Shown piece after piece: positions 50,539-60,045 of a DNA stretch of 64,000 nucleotides; the first letter of the stretch is position 1, and the number at the start of each line of letters is the position of its first letter. The stretch is from a virus. The position numbers were made by a program, and so were the translations under genes. Below the pieces are notes generated by a model. The model saw only the letters and a program-made list of their open reading frames with translations, made no database searches and was not told where the DNA came from. The stretch lies in the IMG/VR virus record IMGVR_UViG_3300023179_000040, positions 42,613 through 106,612 of that record. One strand, written 5' to 3'.

Positions 50539-50904
50539 CTATATAACATAAGGTTTCAGATTTGGAGATTTCCAGTTATCTGGTTTCAAAACTTTTCCAT
50601 CTGCTCGTTTTTTAACCTTGCCAGTTTCTGGATCAATTTTTGCAAAGTTTGTTTTCATAACTTCATCCCATGCAGCTTCTCCGTTAGCCCCCATACTGTT
50701 AATAGCACCAGCAGTAACAACTAAGATATCTATTAAAGCATCCAAAATTTCTACTCTATCATTATTATCGAAAGCTTCTTGAAGCTCTTGAGTTTCTTCT
50801 TTAATTAGATTATGATACATTTCTAATTGGGGTGCGTTCCACTCACACACTGTTTGATCGCAAGCCACCATAAATCTTATTTGATCATCAAATACATTTC
50901 CCAT
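50539..50904 (-). CDS. MazG-like/PRA-PH all-alpha NTP pyrophosphohydrolase
   Basis: LIKEETQEL, DALIDILVV, EVMKTNFAK, DGKVLKP. Confidence 0.85.
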   Translation of the reverse strand: MGNVFDDQIRFMVACDQTVCEWNAPQLEMYHNLIKEETQELQEAFDNNDRVEILDALIDILVVTAGAINSMGANGEAAWDEVMKTNFAKIDPETGKVKKRADGKVLKPDNWKSPNLKPYVI

Positions 50905-50926
50905 ATATAATCCTTTTTAAAAATGA

Positions 50927-53707
50927 CTAAGACTCACAACTGCTACAGGTTAAAATACTTCGTGCCAACTCTTGAGCTGGATTTGAGCTTCTTTGGTAAT
51001 AAAATGTCTTTATCCCATTCTCCCATCCGTATATTAATAAGTCGCTAACATCTTTTGCTGGACAATTCGGTGGAATCATCATATTAAGAGAAACGGCCTG
51101 ATCTATATATTTTTGTCTTTGAATATTTTGAATAACAATTTCTTTCTGACTAATCTCACCAAAGGTTTTGAATACATCTTTTTCTTCCTGTGTTAAGCAT
51201 TCTAAATGTTGTACGCTTCCTCCTCTGACTAATATATCTTTCCAAACTTGTTCGGTATCATGATTTTTGTCTTTTAATATCTTTTTGAGATATGGATTTT
51301 TATATGTGAAACTACCTTTAGCTAATTTTTTAACAAAATAGTTACTATTAAGTGGTTCTATACTAGGACTAACTTGGCCCAATATAAATGAACTACTGGT
51401 TGTTGGAGCAACTGCAAGAGTGGTGATATTACGTCTATGATAACCTTTTAATAATTCTGGTTCACCCAATAATTTAGCTAGATCTATTGATGCTTTATCT
51501 GCTCGTGATTTTATAGTTTTCCATATTTCGACATTTAAGCTTTTAGCCATCATGGATTCAAAAGATATCATCTTGGATTGTAGCAGAGAGTGCCACCCTA
51601 GTACACCCATGCCTAATGCTCGTTGATTCTTGGCAAAGTTATGAGCGGCTGACATAAATTTACTATTATGAGTTTTGCGAATAAACTCCTCATTCACAGC
51701 ATCTAGAAAATAAATCAATGTTTCTATAGCATCTGTTTCCTTAATCTCGTCCCAGTGCAATAAATTCAGAGAAGATAGTACACAAACAAAACTATTATTT
51801 TCGTCAGAATTGAGCGTGATCTCTGAACAGTTGTGTGTGATTATCCCATTACAAATCCATAAATGCTCAGGACTATCTACTTTACAACAATAAACATCTT
51901 CTTTGCCGACATATTCTATATTTACTATTTTATAGAATTTCTTAGTATTATTACGATATTGTCTATTTTCTAGCACAATTCCTTTTCTATCTAAAAACCC
52001 AGTATGTTTATTAAATATAATAGCATCATTTTTATTACCAATAATTAATCTCCAACAATCTTTAGTATTATAAAATTTATAACCTCCTTTACCATCAGGT
52101 AAATATTGTTTTCCTGCTTTTCTTAATATTCTAATCGAAGATTGCATACCTAAATTTGCTAATAATAACTGTATTTGCTGCAAAAATTCTTTGTTAATAT
52201 TAGCTAATGATATTGATATAGGTTTTCCAAGGGATTGGGCGTTAAAAGCTGTACCATCTGAGTAATATAATCCTTTTATATATTCCCATTGTGTTTTTTC
52301 ATTAGATTCCCATATCCAGCTAGGAACAGAACCCTTTTGAAAATTTAGGCTTTTCTTTAGAGCTTTACTACATAGTCGTTTTTTTTGAATTTTACTTTGA
52401 TTTACAACACAAGTATTAAATTTTGCATTATCATATAATCTATTATTTTTAGCAGAGTATTGTGTTGTGTATTTTTTACATACATAGTCGTGGTATGACT
52501 GAACTGTTTCTAATAAATCAAAATCTTTTTCCCAAAGATCTATCATAATTTGGTCTTTGTATTGTGTACCATCAGCTTGATACAAACCTAATAAAAAGGC
52601 TTCTCGGCGCATATTTTTAGTGCCAAAAATACCCCTATTTGTTTGTATAGCTACCTTATCTCCTATTTTTAGATTTTCACATTCTATATTTTTTGTGCGT
52701 ACTGTCCATTTATTAGTTGAAACACTCCGCTCCGAGTAATCAAAAATACAAACTTTATGATACTTAGTTATAGTATGAGTCATTCCGTTATCAAGAGTAA
52801 TTCTGTAAACATCTGCATTTTTTTCAATTAATTGCATAGGAGAAGCATTTACTTGTTTATTATTATCAAATAACATAAGCTTATCTCCAATATCATGCAA
52901 TTCCTTAGCTGTTAATAGACCAAAATTAGAAACAACTCTCTGATCTCCTGTAACACACAAATTACTACTTTTTATTTTGAGTCTTTTATCTTTATATGCT
53001 TGAGGAGCATTATTATTTACATTATCACTAAACATAATGTATGGATATCCAGTTTGGAATCTTTTTTGAATAATTTTTGCCCAAATTTTTCTTTTATCTT
53101 TATCGCCAGATACCATATCTTTCATCCAATCGTCAGATATAGTAACTCCTATACTCATATTTTGAATAGGATGTCCTTCTGATCTTATTTGTAAGAATTC
53201 CTCTACGTCTGGATGCTCCACTGGTAAATAAGCAGCAAATGATCCTCTTCTAGCAGAACCCTGAGAAACTACTTCCGCAACCTTATCGAATAATTCCATA
53301 AAGTGAACCGGGCCACTGCTTTCTCCACCAACACTTATTTTTGCACCGCGTGGTCTGAGGTCACCAAAGTAACCGCTAGTACCGCCACCCAGTTTACTCA
53401 TCATTCCAACCTCAGCGACTTTATTTAAAATATCGTCCATAGTATCCGGAATATAAGAATTAAAGCAAGAGACGGGTAGCCCTCTATCGTTGCCAAAGTT
53501 TGTCCAAACAGGAGTGGCCAAAGAATAGAATCCTCTGGACATATAATCTTCAAACTTATCTGCAAAACCATCTATATTTAGAATAGCTTGGGCTGTTTCT
53601 GCTATTTGACGTATTCTAACTTCTGGAGTTATGCCTTCTTTGAGATATCCTCTTTCCAAGAATATGCGACTATGAGAATTAAGCCAATAATACTTTTTAT
53701 TTGTCAT
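50927..53707 (-). CDS. nrdA: Class I ribonucleotide reductase alpha subunit (no ATP cone), intein-containing
   Basis: LATPVWTN, PVSCF, GGGTS, RRGS, SNL|intein|CSEI, APTTSSS, YYQRS, terminal CSSC. Confidence 0.95.
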   Translation of the reverse strand: MTNKKYYWLNSHSRIFLERGYLKEGITPEVRIRQIAETAQAILNIDGFADKFEDYMSRGFYSLATPVWTNFGNDRGLPVSCFNSYIPDTMDDILNKVAEVGMMSKLGGGTSGYFGDLRPRGAKISVGGESSGPVHFMELFDKVAEVVSQGSARRGSFAAYLPVEHPDVEEFLQIRSEGHPIQNMSIGVTISDDWMKDMVSGDKDKRKIWAKIIQKRFQTGYPYIMFSDNVNNNAPQAYKDKRLKIKSSNLCVTGDQRVVSNFGLLTAKELHDIGDKLMLFDNNKQVNASPMQLIEKNADVYRITLDNGMTHTITKYHKVCIFDYSERSVSTNKWTVRTKNIECENLKIGDKVAIQTNRGIFGTKNMRREAFLLGLYQADGTQYKDQIMIDLWEKDFDLLETVQSYHDYVCKKYTTQYSAKNNRLYDNAKFNTCVVNQSKIQKKRLCSKALKKSLNFQKGSVPSWIWESNEKTQWEYIKGLYYSDGTAFNAQSLGKPISISLANINKEFLQQIQLLLANLGMQSSIRILRKAGKQYLPDGKGGYKFYNTKDCWRLIIGNKNDAIIFNKHTGFLDRKGIVLENRQYRNNTKKFYKIVNIEYVGKEDVYCCKVDSPEHLWICNGIITHNCSEITLNSDENNSFVCVLSSLNLLHWDEIKETDAIETLIYFLDAVNEEFIRKTHNSKFMSAAHNFAKNQRALGMGVLGWHSLLQSKMISFESMMAKSLNVEIWKTIKSRADKASIDLAKLLGEPELLKGYHRRNITTLAVAPTTSSSFILGQVSPSIEPLNSNYFVKKLAKGSFTYKNPYLKKILKDKNHDTEQVWKDILVRGGSVQHLECLTQEEKDVFKTFGEISQKEIVIQNIQRQKYIDQAVSLNMMIPPNCPAKDVSDLLIYGWENGIKTFYYQRSSNPAQELARSILTCSSCES
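51830..52957 (-). mobile_element. Canonical intein (376 aa) with LAGLIDADG endonuclease in nrdA
   Basis: Starts CVTGD, TKYH block B, LGLYQADG, IKGLYYSDG, ends THN/C at the NLCxE active site. Confidence 0.93.
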
Positions 53708-53745
53708 ACTTTTCCTTTATGTCTCTGATATGATTATTAAGAATA

Positions 53746-54720
53746 TCAGTTAAATAAATCATCCACGTCGAAGCTTTGAGAACATTTTGCATATTCGACA
53801 GGACGGCTGTGAAAGAAGTCTGTCATGTTATTTCCTAATACCTGTTCATCAAACCAGGATGTTTTAGAGATAGTATTTTGATCAGCCTCAAATATAGGAT
53901 TATAACCTATTTTCATTAAAGATTCATTCATTCTGTTCTTAATAAATTCTTTCAATAATGGTGAATTTAATTTTTCATGATCATAACCATTTACGATCCA
54001 TTCTATAATCTGGCATTCATATTTAACAGCATCTCTGGCTTCGTGTTCGATTTTGGCTTGTAATTCATTATCAAATAATTCTGGATATTCTTGTTTAATG
54101 GTATTAATAATTTTTATACCTATCATTGCATGTAAATTTTCTTCACGTGATGTATATTCTACTTGTTTATTTGTATCTTTAAGCACATTTTTATACCGAC
54201 CAAAAAAACTAATAGTATAAAACTGAGAAAATAAAGCTATATTTTCTACAAATAATGTAAATAGTATTAATGAATAAATAAATTGCTTTTTATTATTATC
54301 GTGAAATTTATGTAAGTGTTTTCTAAGATAGTTCACACGACCTTTAATAATATCTAATTCTAATATATTGTCAAAAGTGTCATCTATTCCTAGTACCTCC
54401 AGAAGTCTCTCATAAGCATCGCCGTGAACAACCTCAACATTGGCCATAACGTACCCCATATCATTAAGACTAGGATGGGGCAAATTATCTCCTAGTTTGG
54501 CCCAAAACTTTTTAACGCTAATTTCTAGTTGACCGATAGTAGAAAGGGCTCTGGTAACAATTTGCTGTTCCTGTTCGGAAAGATTCACGCGAAAATCTTG
54601 AATATCGCTACTAAAATTAAATTCTCTGTGTGTCCAAAAGCCATTGTGCATAGCCTCTATGAATTCTTGGGTCCAAGGATAGTTATCTGGCTTGCGACTA
54701 ATTTGTTCATCAAATATCAT
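53746..54720 (-). CDS. nrdB: Ribonucleotide reductase beta subunit
   Basis: FWTHRE, EVVHGDAY, ENIALFSQF, REENLH, DFFHSRPVEY. Confidence 0.93.
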   Translation of the reverse strand: MIFDEQISRKPDNYPWTQEFIEAMHNGFWTHREFNFSSDIQDFRVNLSEQEQQIVTRALSTIGQLEISVKKFWAKLGDNLPHPSLNDMGYVMANVEVVHGDAYERLLEVLGIDDTFDNILELDIIKGRVNYLRKHLHKFHDNNKKQFIYSLILFTLFVENIALFSQFYTISFFGRYKNVLKDTNKQVEYTSREENLHAMIGIKIINTIKQEYPELFDNELQAKIEHEARDAVKYECQIIEWIVNGYDHEKLNSPLLKEFIKNRMNESLMKIGYNPIFEADQNTISKTSWFDEQVLGNNMTDFFHSRPVEYAKCSQSFDVDDLFN

Positions 54721-54724
54721 AATT

Positions 54725-54868
54725 CTACCTCTTTATTTTTGTCAAAATGGCTATAAGACCCACAAATATAACCGATACAAATTCTTGACCGACATAATTA
54801 AAATTAGTTGCAATACACATTCTGATAAAATATATTATCATCAAAACATAAAATACTAGATGAATCAT
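54725..54868 (-). CDS. Small 47-aa two-helix membrane protein (below ORF-track cutoff)
   Basis: MIHLVFYVLMIIYFIRMCIATNFNYVGQEFVSVIFVGLIAILTKIKR; ATGA overlap with the upstream stop; fills the gap. Confidence 0.55.
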   Translation of the reverse strand: MIHLVFYVLMIIYFIRMCIATNFNYVGQEFVSVIFVGLIAILTKIKR

Positions 54869-55332
54869 AGTACACCAGCCAGTTGTTTCAGCCAATCAAA
54901 ATTTGGTGTAGTTTTTATGATTTTTATTCCGCTCATCTCAACAAAAACATCAAATCTTTTTTTAGCTTCTTCATCAAATAAATGTGTACCATGATCATCG
55001 ATCATATATACTGTTGATACGCCTTCTTGCCATAAGCTCATAATACAATTATTACAACATTGTCCAGTTACATAAGCTATACCATTAGCGGGTCTAACAA
55101 CACAATTAGCTAGAGCATTGATTTCTGAGTGTATTATCCAATGATATTTATCTGGTCTATTTGTTGGTAAATTTTCATCATCCAGACCTCGTGGGAACCC
55201 ATTATATCCTACTCCTAGTATTCTATGATTTTGATCGGTAATGACGCATCCGTGTTTGGTATGTATGTCGTGACTACGCTGAGACACTACCTTAGCCAAA
55301 CCTAAAAAATAATTAACCCACGATGGTCTCAT
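54865..55332 (-). CDS. dCMP deaminase
   Basis: RPSW..YF, GYNG, HSEINA, CCNNC Zn site. Confidence 0.88.
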   Translation of the reverse strand: MRPSWVNYFLGLAKVVSQRSHDIHTKHGCVITDQNHRILGVGYNGFPRGLDDENLPTNRPDKYHWIIHSEINALANCVVRPANGIAYVTGQCCNNCIMSLWQEGVSTVYMIDDHGTHLFDEEAKKRFDVFVEMSGIKIIKTTPNFDWLKQLAGVL

Positions 55333-55362
55333 TAGATGCAATCCGTTTTCCTAAGATGATCT

Positions 55363-55391
55363 ATTGTACCTAGATCGTGGTCGTGTGTCAA
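55363..55391 (-). promoter_or_regulatory. Sigma70-type promoter for the dCMP deaminase-nrdB-nrdA operon
   Basis: TTGACA-17nt-TACAAT. Confidence 0.75.
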
Positions 55392-55400
55392 GAAACTTTT

Positions 55401-55688
55401 TTAATCACGAAACGGAATAATATGCTTACGAACAAAATATAGATTGATAAAAAATCCACAAAAAGCACTAAGAATATTAGAAACCACAGGAAAGGTAATA
55501 TCCTCGAACGGATTAATAAAACAAGTAAGCAGTAGGCTTATCCAAAAACTACTACATTCATGACACAACAGAGGTTTGCTAAGTATAGGAAATTTTGCTA
55601 TATAATTTCTGAATGGGACACTAACCTCTGTGTCGCTCCATGCATAACAAACACCTAAAGATAAACATAAAAAATATAATAAAATCAT
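55401..55688 (-). CDS. Small membrane protein with CxxC (DUF1360-like)
   Basis: Hydrophobic helices, LLCHECSSFW. Confidence 0.55.
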   Translation of the reverse strand: MILLYFLCLSLGVCYAWSDTEVSVPFRNYIAKFPILSKPLLCHECSSFWISLLLTCFINPFEDITFPVVSNILSAFCGFFINLYFVRKHIIPFRD

Positions 55689-56098
55689 ACAAAATATATA
55701 GCTATGCTATTTTCTCTTTCCACTACTGTAAAACCTCTAAAGGCTTTATTAAATAATGTACTGGCAAACTGTGACCAAGCTTGTTCTGTTTTGTCTATAA
55801 TAATAATCCTACCAGAATAGTTGTTCGCTGCTCGGTCTATATTAATTTTATTTAATTCGGCTTGTAGTACTGCTGTATCCTTGATATATTTATCTAACAG
55901 GCCAGGGGTTTGTTCTAGCTTTTCGGTAAAGTATTTGAAAACCCTACCTCTACAACTACAATTAGGATTGGTTTTAAATGTGGTAAGATCAGCTAAAATA
56001 TCTGGAAAATCTGTTTTAAGCTGATAAAAAATAGTATCATCTTTAATTAGAATAGTTAAAGCATCACCCATATTTGCAACAGTAATCATTTTTAGCAT
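55685..56098 (-). CDS. Hypothetical protein
   Basis: NPNCSC motif; ATGA-coupled to the next gene. Confidence 0.55.
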   Translation of the reverse strand: MLKMITVANMGDALTILIKDDTIFYQLKTDFPDILADLTTFKTNPNCSCRGRVFKYFTEKLEQTPGLLDKYIKDTAVLQAELNKINIDRAANNYSGRIIIIDKTEQAWSQFASTLFNKAFRGFTVVERENSIAIYFV

Positions 56099-56167
56099 CC
56101 TTTTGAATAAGAATAAAACTTCTGTATTCTAGTAAAGAAGCTGGCGTAGATTGTCAAGAATTTGGGT

Positions 56168-56419
56168 TTATTTTTTTTCTATTAGTTTATTATAAACTAT
56201 TAGAGACACAACACCTCCCACTATTCCCATCAAAATTCCACATGGAGATAATGCTTCATAGCTTCCCAGCAAATATAAACAAGCGCCACCAACATATGAG
56301 CCAGCAACCCCCAAAGCTACCGTTTTAATAAAACCAAAATTTTCTTCTCCTGGCACTAAGCTTTTAGCTATACTACCTACAAACAAACCATATACACACC
56401 ACACTAATAAACTAAACAT
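56168..56419 (-). CDS. GlsB/YeaQ/YmgE (transglycosylase-associated) membrane protein
   Basis: GLFVGSIAKSLVPG...TVALGVAGSYVGG. Confidence 0.85.
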   Translation of the reverse strand: MFSLLVWCVYGLFVGSIAKSLVPGEENFGFIKTVALGVAGSYVGGACLYLLGSYEALSPCGILMGIVGGVVSLIVYNKLIEKK

Positions 56420-56807
56420 TGGCTGCCTCCACTAGGGTTTTAATATCTTCATCCGTGAGGGTTTCTCCGTTATCTAATAAACTCTTCACTATGGATAATG
56501 AATATTTATTATAATCATCTGGTTTCATTTCTCGACGTAGTATTTTTTTTATTCTCATTTTTGTAAACCACCCTTGACGCAAGCTGTATTCTTTAACTTG
56601 TTCACCATATAATGAATATTTGTCTTGCATTGAGCAATCTTTACTAAGTTTATTTTTATTACATTCTTGTAGAATACGTATAAGAGTTAATATTACACTA
56701 ATAATCATAAGAATAGTTAATGGATCAAAACTATAGTTATCATTTTTAGGTAAAGTGGTTTTTGATAAAACTTTAAGTGCTAACTTTTTAAGTTCATCAT
56801 TATTCAT
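56412..56807 (-). CDS. Membrane-anchored hypothetical protein
   Basis: FDPLTILMIISVILTLIRILQEC TM segment. Confidence 0.55.
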   Translation of the reverse strand: MNNDELKKLALKVLSKTTLPKNDNYSFDPLTILMIISVILTLIRILQECNKNKLSKDCSMQDKYSLYGEQVKEYSLRQGWFTKMRIKKILRREMKPDDYNKYSLSIVKSLLDNGETLTDEDIKTLVEAANV

Positions 56808-56811
56808 TAGA

Positions 56812-57135
56812 CTATTTCTTTCTAATAGGACATATGCCATTCGGACAATCTGATCCGGGAGCTTTTGGAGCAGGAACTACGTTTTGGGACATTTGACCTT
56901 TTTCTGGCTCACAGTATGTACAATCAATTTTTTTAATATTATCCCCGCTCATGTACCATCCCTTACCTTTGCATACAGGACAGTCTTTGCGCTTGTATTT
57001 AACCTGTACATCATGAGGATGCTTGGCTTTTATAATCGCTCCAGCAAGAGTCACAGGAGCGGTTGTGGAGCCATAATAACCGGTCGAAGAAAACCACAAA
57101 GATATTGCTAATAATCCAAATAATAATTTATTCAT
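56812..57135 (-). CDS. Signal-anchored Zn-finger protein
   Basis: N-terminal hydrophobic segment, CPVCKGKG...CTYC, terminal CPNGICP. Confidence 0.6.
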   Translation of the reverse strand: MNKLLFGLLAISLWFSSTGYYGSTTAPVTLAGAIIKAKHPHDVQVKYKRKDCPVCKGKGWYMSGDNIKKIDCTYCEPEKGQMSQNVVPAPKAPGSDCPNGICPIRKK

Positions 57136-57136
57136 A

Positions 57137-57340
57137 TTATTTTCTCCATGGTAATGGTACTATATTATTAATAGTATCAACTACCTTTTTAAGAGGTCTT
57201 TTCTTTTCTGGTTTAACAACGGGTGGAGAGACGGGGCTATTTTTAGGAGATAGTTTAATAATTAAATTAACTAGTCTCTCAATAACACTAATTACTAGAT
57301 TAACCAAAGCTCGAACTTTTAGACGTTCTCTAAGATTCAT
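57137..57340 (-). CDS. Small basic hypothetical protein
   Basis: AAGGA RBS; promoter motif upstream. Confidence 0.55.
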   Translation of the reverse strand: MNLRERLKVRALVNLVISVIERLVNLIIKLSPKNSPVSPPVVKPEKKRPLKKVVDTINNIVPLPWRK

Positions 57341-57368
57341 AAAATATTCCTTATGGTATATTTATTCT

Positions 57369-57383
57369 ATATAATAATACACC
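57369..57383 (-). promoter_or_regulatory. Putative phage-specific promoter
   Basis: GGTGTATTATTATAT, 43 nt before the ORF starting at 57340. Confidence 0.65.
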
Positions 57384-57399
57384 ATTAATATTTTAAGAA

Positions 57400-58329
57400 T
57401 TATAGATAAGTATCAAATCCGTAGTCTGGTAGTTTTTGTACAGGAAAACCATCGAAATTACTTATGGCGAATGCCCCGCCCTGTTTTATCATTCTTTCTG
57501 CCACATCACTATGAATTAAAAATGAGCCATCTGGCAATTGTCCCCAATCTGGATGGCCACCACTATTCCATCCTTTTCCCCAACTATTCAATACAAGAAA
57601 ACTTAAATCGGAACCCGTATCATCACAACTTCCCCAACACATCGCGTGGAGCCACTGTCCTTGTGGTTTAGCAAATCCTTTTTTGTCTCTTACACTACTA
57701 AAACCCTGATTACTACAAACAGATAATCCATAGCCATTAGCCAAAGCATCTCGTGCTTCTTCTAAGGTTCTGATTAAACTTGCAGTTTTCATTTGATGGT
57801 CATTGGCTAAATCTATAACTTTATCTGGTAATCCTCGTCCTCCCCAATTGCCACCCATGCTACCATTATACTTACTAAAATCAGCAACTCCCGGATAATT
57901 TTGTCTAGCTATAATTCCACCAACTCTAGTAACAAAATCTACAGTTCTTGCACAGCTAGATCCCTCTCCGCTATGCCCACGATTTCCATATATGGCTTCT
58001 GTTGCTCCTCTTGCTATCCATGCTTCACGGTCTCCTTTTATATCTATCTCTACCGCCCTACTAATATCACAAGCGTTCCTTGTGCTGTGGCTAGTGCAGT
58101 CACCTAAAGTCTGGCGTTCACTAAAAGCCCCTTTATCAAATTTTAAATAAGAAAGGTACGGTCTGCTTAATTGTCCTTTGCCGGTATTTTTAATTTTTTT
58201 TGCTCCGTCTGCAAAATAAGCATATTTAGCATTTTCCATGAAATGATCAAACACATGAGGTTCATACACGCATCCCGCAAATCCATTTTTATATTTTTCG
58301 TATAGTTGTTGAGATGTCATTCTTGGCAT
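57400..58329 (-). CDS. Papain-like cysteine peptidase (C1 family)
   Basis: Q-x4-C (RQTLGDCTSH), WLHAM, LNSWG catalytic motifs. Confidence 0.85.
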   Translation of the reverse strand: MPRMTSQQLYEKYKNGFAGCVYEPHVFDHFMENAKYAYFADGAKKIKNTGKGQLSRPYLSYLKFDKGAFSERQTLGDCTSHSTRNACDISRAVEIDIKGDREAWIARGATEAIYGNRGHSGEGSSCARTVDFVTRVGGIIARQNYPGVADFSKYNGSMGGNWGGRGLPDKVIDLANDHQMKTASLIRTLEEARDALANGYGLSVCSNQGFSSVRDKKGFAKPQGQWLHAMCWGSCDDTGSDLSFLVLNSWGKGWNSGGHPDWGQLPDGSFLIHSDVAERMIKQGGAFAISNFDGFPVQKLPDYGFDTYL

Positions 58330-58829
58330 TATTTGCTACCCTCATTATAAGCCCAGGCTAAAGCATTAAAACCATCTACAGCTTTGGGTCGTAGTTCTTT
58401 GGATAATGTAACATTATCATCCCCAATACTTGCCACTATAACATCTTGACTTTCTTTTTTAAGATCTTTATATTTGTTTTTCATATCAAGTCTTAACATG
58501 GGACCAGATAAACTGTTAGCCTGACGAATTTCATCAGTATTTTTTACAACTTCGTCTTCACCGTCTAATTCGACCAAGCGACCCAAATCTAACATAAGAT
58601 CACGCAATCTTTTAAAATCACTTTTAGAGCCGCCGTAAGATTTTACCAAACTTACCACCTCGTCAGCTTCTTTTTTAACAGCTGGATCATTTGGTGGTAA
58701 TAGTTCCATAACATCTACTGAAATAGGATTATTTGGATTAATAACTGTTGATAGTTTATTTCCAACCAACCCCCAAATTACCAACAAAACCCCGATCCCT
58801 AATAAAACTTTAGTTAAATTATTATTCAT
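58329..58829 (-). CDS. N-terminally membrane-anchored hypothetical protein
   Basis: VLLGIGVLLVIWGLV. Confidence 0.6.
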   Translation of the reverse strand: MNNNLTKVLLGIGVLLVIWGLVGNKLSTVINPNNPISVDVMELLPPNDPAVKKEADEVVSLVKSYGGSKSDFKRLRDLMLDLGRLVELDGEDEVVKNTDEIRQANSLSGPMLRLDMKNKYKDLKKESQDVIVASIGDDNVTLSKELRPKAVDGFNALAWAYNEGSK

Positions 58830-59206
58830 GACGCTTCCTTCTTTGAGCAGACAGTGGGACTTAGGTATGGAAACATTTGATCAGCAACCTTGACAGCTTC
58901 GCTACAGTTACTGGCTACTGCTAAATCTCGTGTTTGTTTCCAACTGGCCACCAATTTAAAAAATAGATCATCAGTATCAACAACACTTTCTTTAGCATTA
59001 ACAGGAACCGGAACAACAGGACTAGTAGTCTTGTTTGAAGCTAGTAAATTTTTAACACTATCTACCAAGCCAGCCAATAGTTTTTGTACTGGGCTTAGTT
59101 TGCCCTTGAATAATACCCACAATACCAATCCGGCGCCCGCATATAGGGCCAAATCTGTTGTTGTTACTCTACTACTAAATTCTTGGAACGTTTCGTTGAA
59201 ATTCAT
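58826..59206 (-). CDS. Membrane-anchored hypothetical protein
   Basis: LALYAGAGLVLWVLF; GAGG RBS. Confidence 0.6.
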   Translation of the reverse strand: MNFNETFQEFSSRVTTTDLALYAGAGLVLWVLFKGKLSPVQKLLAGLVDSVKNLLASNKTTSPVVPVPVNAKESVVDTDDLFFKLVASWKQTRDLAVASNCSEAVKVADQMFPYLSPTVCSKKEAS

Positions 59207-59217
59207 TTTTTCCTCAC

Positions 59218-59637
59218 TTATTTGTCTGAAACTTTTGGATTGTTATCAACTTCTGGAACTACTGTATCTGACTTAAGAAAAACGCCACTATTTCTAAAAA
59301 TAGTAACCAAAGAATCGATACTAGCACTAACTAAAATCATCATCAAGCTCTTTACGCTCTTTTGTATAATAGGCTGTAAAAATTTAGGAACAAATGGAAA
59401 ATTTATTATTGTGAATACTTGATCATAAAAATTGCTAATCATAGTCATAGCCAATGTTTTTTTGTCAGCTCCCTTTAAATTAGGACTATTATCTTCTATG
59501 CTTTGTATAACTTCTGCCACAGCCAGTTGTAAAACTTTCCATGCTTCTGGCATAGCAACAATTGAGACTGATTTCAAAGTTTTTTTGGCACTATCTACTA
59601 AAGTTTCTATATTATTTACTGATAGGGTTGTTGTCAT
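59218..59637 (-). CDS. Hypothetical helical protein
   Basis: LKGADKK motif; operon context. Confidence 0.55.
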   Translation of the reverse strand: MTTTLSVNNIETLVDSAKKTLKSVSIVAMPEAWKVLQLAVAEVIQSIEDNSPNLKGADKKTLAMTMISNFYDQVFTIINFPFVPKFLQPIIQKSVKSLMMILVSASIDSLVTIFRNSGVFLKSDTVVPEVDNNPKVSDK

Positions 59638-59956
59638 TATTTTGAACCTTTATTTTTGGTTTGGGTTTACTTTTTTTCTTACTTTTAATATTTCTACGAT
59701 TAGCAGCTTTTCTTTCTTCTGGAGAGGCAGTAGTCCACCAAGTTTTTTTAAGTTCGCTACGACCCTTCACATATTTATATAATACTGTTAATTGACCAAT
59801 AATTAAAATAACAGCCTCAACTCCTCTGCTGCCTTCCATTATTAAATCTTCTTTTTGATTATGGTCATCTAGTAAGCCTACTAGATATAAACCACTAAAT
59901 AAGAAGCTTACAGCAGTTACCCAAAACTCACTTGATCTCCAGCCAGGTTTGATCAT
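59612..59956 (-). CDS. Holin-like membrane protein
   Basis: KPGWRSSEFW start, two TM segments, YVKGR, basic tail. Confidence 0.5.
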   Translation of the reverse strand: MIKPGWRSSEFWVTAVSFLFSGLYLVGLLDDHNQKEDLIMEGSRGVEAVILIIGQLTVLYKYVKGRSELKKTWWTTASPEERKAANRRNIKSKKKSKPKPKIKVQNNDNNPISK

Positions 59957-59983
59957 TGATATTATCCTTAATAATTTAAGATA

Positions 59984-59998
59984 ATATATTTATACACC
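59984..59998 (-). promoter_or_regulatory. Putative phage-specific promoter
   Basis: GGTGTATAAATATAT, 42 nt before the ORF starting at 59956. Confidence 0.65.
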
Positions 59999-60045
59999 AT
60001 TCTTTTAACGGTATATTTTGCTCGAAATTAGTTTTTAAATACTCT

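Noticed and set aside
56127-56157. Sigma70 promoter upstream of 56098
   Set aside because: Perfect TTGACA, but the best -10 (TAGAAT) is 20 nt away; too weak to list
25976-59782. Short plus-strand ORFs across the minus-strand block
   Set aside because: Antisense to well-supported genes, with no motifs
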